From: Candidatus Omnitrophota bacterium
GTDB taxonomy: Bacteria; Omnitrophota; Gorgyraeia; 2-02-FULL-51-18
Assembly: GCA_016197155.1 (NCBI GenBank)
Contig: JACPWF010000015.1
Span: forward strand, 8,157 to 72,156
Direction: 5' to 3'
Length of the DNA stretch: 64,000 nucleotides
Below the pieces are notes generated by a model. That model saw only the letters and a list, made by a program, of their open reading frames with translations, had not been told where the DNA came from and did not search any database. Positions 61,969 to 64,000 of this stretch are shown here, in pieces (the stretch's first letter is position 1; every line of letters begins with the position of its first letter). A program made the translations under genes and the position numbers.

Positions 61969-63559
61969 GCTTTGTCTGGCCCAGATCAACACGACGGTCG
62001 GGGACCTCGCCGGAAATCAAAAAAAAATTCTTGAGTCGCTCCGGTTCGCCCGGTCGCGCGGGGCGAATCTCGTGACTTTTCCGGAACTGGCCGTGACGGG
62101 CTACCCGCCGGAAGACCTTCTTTTCAAAGAAAAGTTTGTGTCGAAAAATCTGGAGACCTTGCGCGCGCTTATCCCGCACACGGGGGGACTCGCGGCGGTG
62201 GTCGGATTCGTGGACCGCGACCGGAAAGGGCTTCTTTACAATGCCGCCGCCTTCATCGGCGACCAAAAACTTCTTTGCGTGTACCGTAAAAAATTCCTGC
62301 CGAACTACGGCGTTTTTGACGAAAAACGTTATTTCGCGCCGGGGGATGAGTGGGGGGTCGTGAATTGGCGCGGGACGAAAATTGCCCTCACGATCTGCGA
62401 AGACATCTGGCCGACCGACAGCGGTGTTTATGCCAAAAATTACCCGGGGCGCCGTTCCCTTTTGATCAATATTTCCGCTTCGCCCGTTCACGCCGGCAAA
62501 CAGGCCGAACGCCTTCGTCTGGTGAAAAATCTGGCCAGGACCACCGGCTCGACCGTGATCTATCACAATCTGGTCGGCGGGCAGGATGAGCTGGTGTTTG
62601 ACGGCGGGAGCCTCGTCGTGGCTCCGGATGGCAGGATCCTGGCGGAGGCCGGACGTTTTGAGGAGGATTTTATTCTTTCAAACGAGTTCCGGGGACCGGC
62701 CCCCGCTTTAAAGAGGGGGGAAGAGGTTTATCGCGCGCTGGTTCTGGGCACGCGGGACTACCTTCACAAAAACCGCTTTCAAAAAGCGCTCATCGGCTTA
62801 AGCGGGGGCATTGATTCGGCGCTCGTGGCCGCGATCGCCGTCGATGCGCTGGGAAAAGAAAATGTGATCGGGGTGACCATGCCTTCGCGTTTCACCTCGA
62901 AGGAAACCCTGCGCGACGCCAAAATTTTATCGAAAAATCTCGGGATCGCCTGCCACGCGATCCCGATGGATGAAATCTTTTCAACCACTCTCAAAACGCT
63001 GAAGCCCCTTTTCGCCGGTTTGAAGACCGGCCTCGCCGAGGAAAATCTCCAGGCGCGCATCCGCGGGAATCTGTTGATGGCCCTGTCGAACAAATTCGGA
63101 CACCTCGTTTTGACAACCGGAAACAAAAGCGAGATGGCCACCGGCTATTGCACGCTCTATGGCGACATGGCGGGAGGCTTTGCCGTGATCAAAGATGTCC
63201 CAAAAACGCTGGTTTTTAAATTGGCGCGTTACCGCAACCGGCTCTCGCCGAAAAACGTGATTCCGCAAAGTGTCCTGCGGCGGCCGCCGAGCGCCGAGCT
63301 CAGGCCCAATCAAAAGGACCGAGACTCGCTCCCGCCCTATGCGGAGCTTGATAAATTTTTGGAGCTCTACGTGGAAAAAGACCTTTCGGCGGACGCGATC
63401 ATCCGCCGGGGCCTGCGCAAAGACGTGGTTTATCGCGCCGCGCGCATGGTGGACGGAAATGAATACAAACGCCGCCAGTCTCCGCCCGGCGTGAAAATCA
63501 CCCCCAAGGCCTTCGGCCGCGACCGGCGCATGCCGATCACGAATCGCTACGCCCCATGA
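61946..63559 (+). CDS. nadE: Glutamine-dependent NAD+ synthetase
   Basis: Nitrilase domain (FPEL, LPNY, ICEDIW), then SGGIDS, ENLQARIRG, NKSE and PSAEL motifs. Confidence 0.96.
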   Translation: MPMPIPPKLCLAQINTTVGDLAGNQKKILESLRFARSRGANLVTFPELAVTGYPPEDLLFKEKFVSKNLETLRALIPHTGGLAAVVGFVDRDRKGLLYNAAAFIGDQKLLCVYRKKFLPNYGVFDEKRYFAPGDEWGVVNWRGTKIALTICEDIWPTDSGVYAKNYPGRRSLLINISASPVHAGKQAERLRLVKNLARTTGSTVIYHNLVGGQDELVFDGGSLVVAPDGRILAEAGRFEEDFILSNEFRGPAPALKRGEEVYRALVLGTRDYLHKNRFQKALIGLSGGIDSALVAAIAVDALGKENVIGVTMPSRFTSKETLRDAKILSKNLGIACHAIPMDEIFSTTLKTLKPLFAGLKTGLAEENLQARIRGNLLMALSNKFGHLVLTTGNKSEMATGYCTLYGDMAGGFAVIKDVPKTLVFKLARYRNRLSPKNVIPQSVLRRPPSAELRPNQKDRDSLPPYAELDKFLELYVEKDLSADAIIRRGLRKDVVYRAARMVDGNEYKRRQSPPGVKITPKAFGRDRRMPITNRYAP

Positions 63560-64000
63560 AACCGGCGCAAAGGATCCGCTTCCTCGGCCTAATTCTGCTT
63601 CTTCAGGCGGCGCTGGGCCTCACACTTGCCAGCACTTATTTTTTGGGGCGCCTGCCCAAAGAACTCGTCCCGACGGCGAGGCGAGACGCTTTTCAGGTGG
63701 TTAAAAAAATCACCTTTCAAGGGGAAAAGGCGCTCCTGGGATGGGAGGAGAAGGTGTTTTGCGGAAAAACCGTTTACCGGGTCCTTTCGGAAGGCAGTCA
63801 GAGTTTCTTAAGGGCCACGAGCCACGGCGCTTCCTCGGGCCTGTACATGAAGTTCAGCCTGCCGGCCAGCCCAAACCTCCGCCTTTCCTGGGAGTGGCGG
63901 GCACAGATGTTCCCACAAAAAAAAGACCCGAACAAACTCGCCGACCGGTCCCAGGACGATTTTGCCGCGCGCGTTTACGTGGTTTTCCTGGGCTCCAATT
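63556..64000 (+). CDS. DUF3047-like protein, partial (runs off the window)
   Basis: N-terminal TM segment, then WEEKVF.GKT.Y, LSWEW and DDFAARVYVVF. Confidence 0.75.
   Translation, partial: MKPAQRIRFLGLILLLQAALGLTLASTYFLGRLPKELVPTARRDAFQVVKKITFQGEKALLGWEEKVFCGKTVYRVLSEGSQSFLRATSHGASSGLYMKFSLPASPNLRLSWEWRAQMFPQKKDPNKLADRSQDDFAARVYVVFLGSN

Noticed and set aside
1-64000. CRISPR array, rRNA, transposase or prophage genes
   Set aside because: No regularly spaced direct repeats, rRNA-like segments or mobile-element protein motifs were seen; nearly all the sequence is explained by CDS.

Overview
A gene-dense, moderately GC-rich bacterial chromosome segment, almost all on the + strand, with many ATGA/GTGA/TTGA gene overlaps. 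A PVC-signature small basic protein (39946-40236) points to the PVC superphylum; Omnitrophota is a plausible but unproven assignment. From start to end: (1) 1-17.9 kb, an LPS/surface-glycan locus with GT4, GT2, four GT9, GT39, WcaJ-like, O-antigen ligase, GmhB and a carbamoyltransferase-SxtJ-SxtK-like triad; (2) 17.9-34 kb, housekeeping genes (udg, priA, def, an internally shortened fmt, an unknown CBS-tailed protein, two tandem galT with one lacking the catalytic His, aroQ, pepP, an efp with an unusual loop, accBC, pfkA, gmhA, rfaE2, thiD2/thiE, pfkB, tRNA-Gly); (3) 34-43 kb, an inactive M23 lipoprotein, a STAND-like ATPase, dGTPase, a degenerate HD-GYP, SPOR, aroB and ExeA/ExeB-like genes; (4) 43-53 kb, three PilZ genes followed by a lipid-degradation operon (cNMP-patatin, thiolase, HADH, ECH, FadD, lysophospholipase); (5) 53-64 kb, small secreted or membrane proteins, a HEXXH protein, mdh, sucCD, yajQ, folE, a QueD-like gene, nadE and DUF3047. 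The best candidate for an undescribed system is block 4: it lacks an acyl-CoA dehydrogenase, and both lipases appear to start at non-canonical codons (ATC, CTG). No CRISPR array, rRNA, integrase or transposase was seen. All calls come from reading motifs by eye; no database searches were run.
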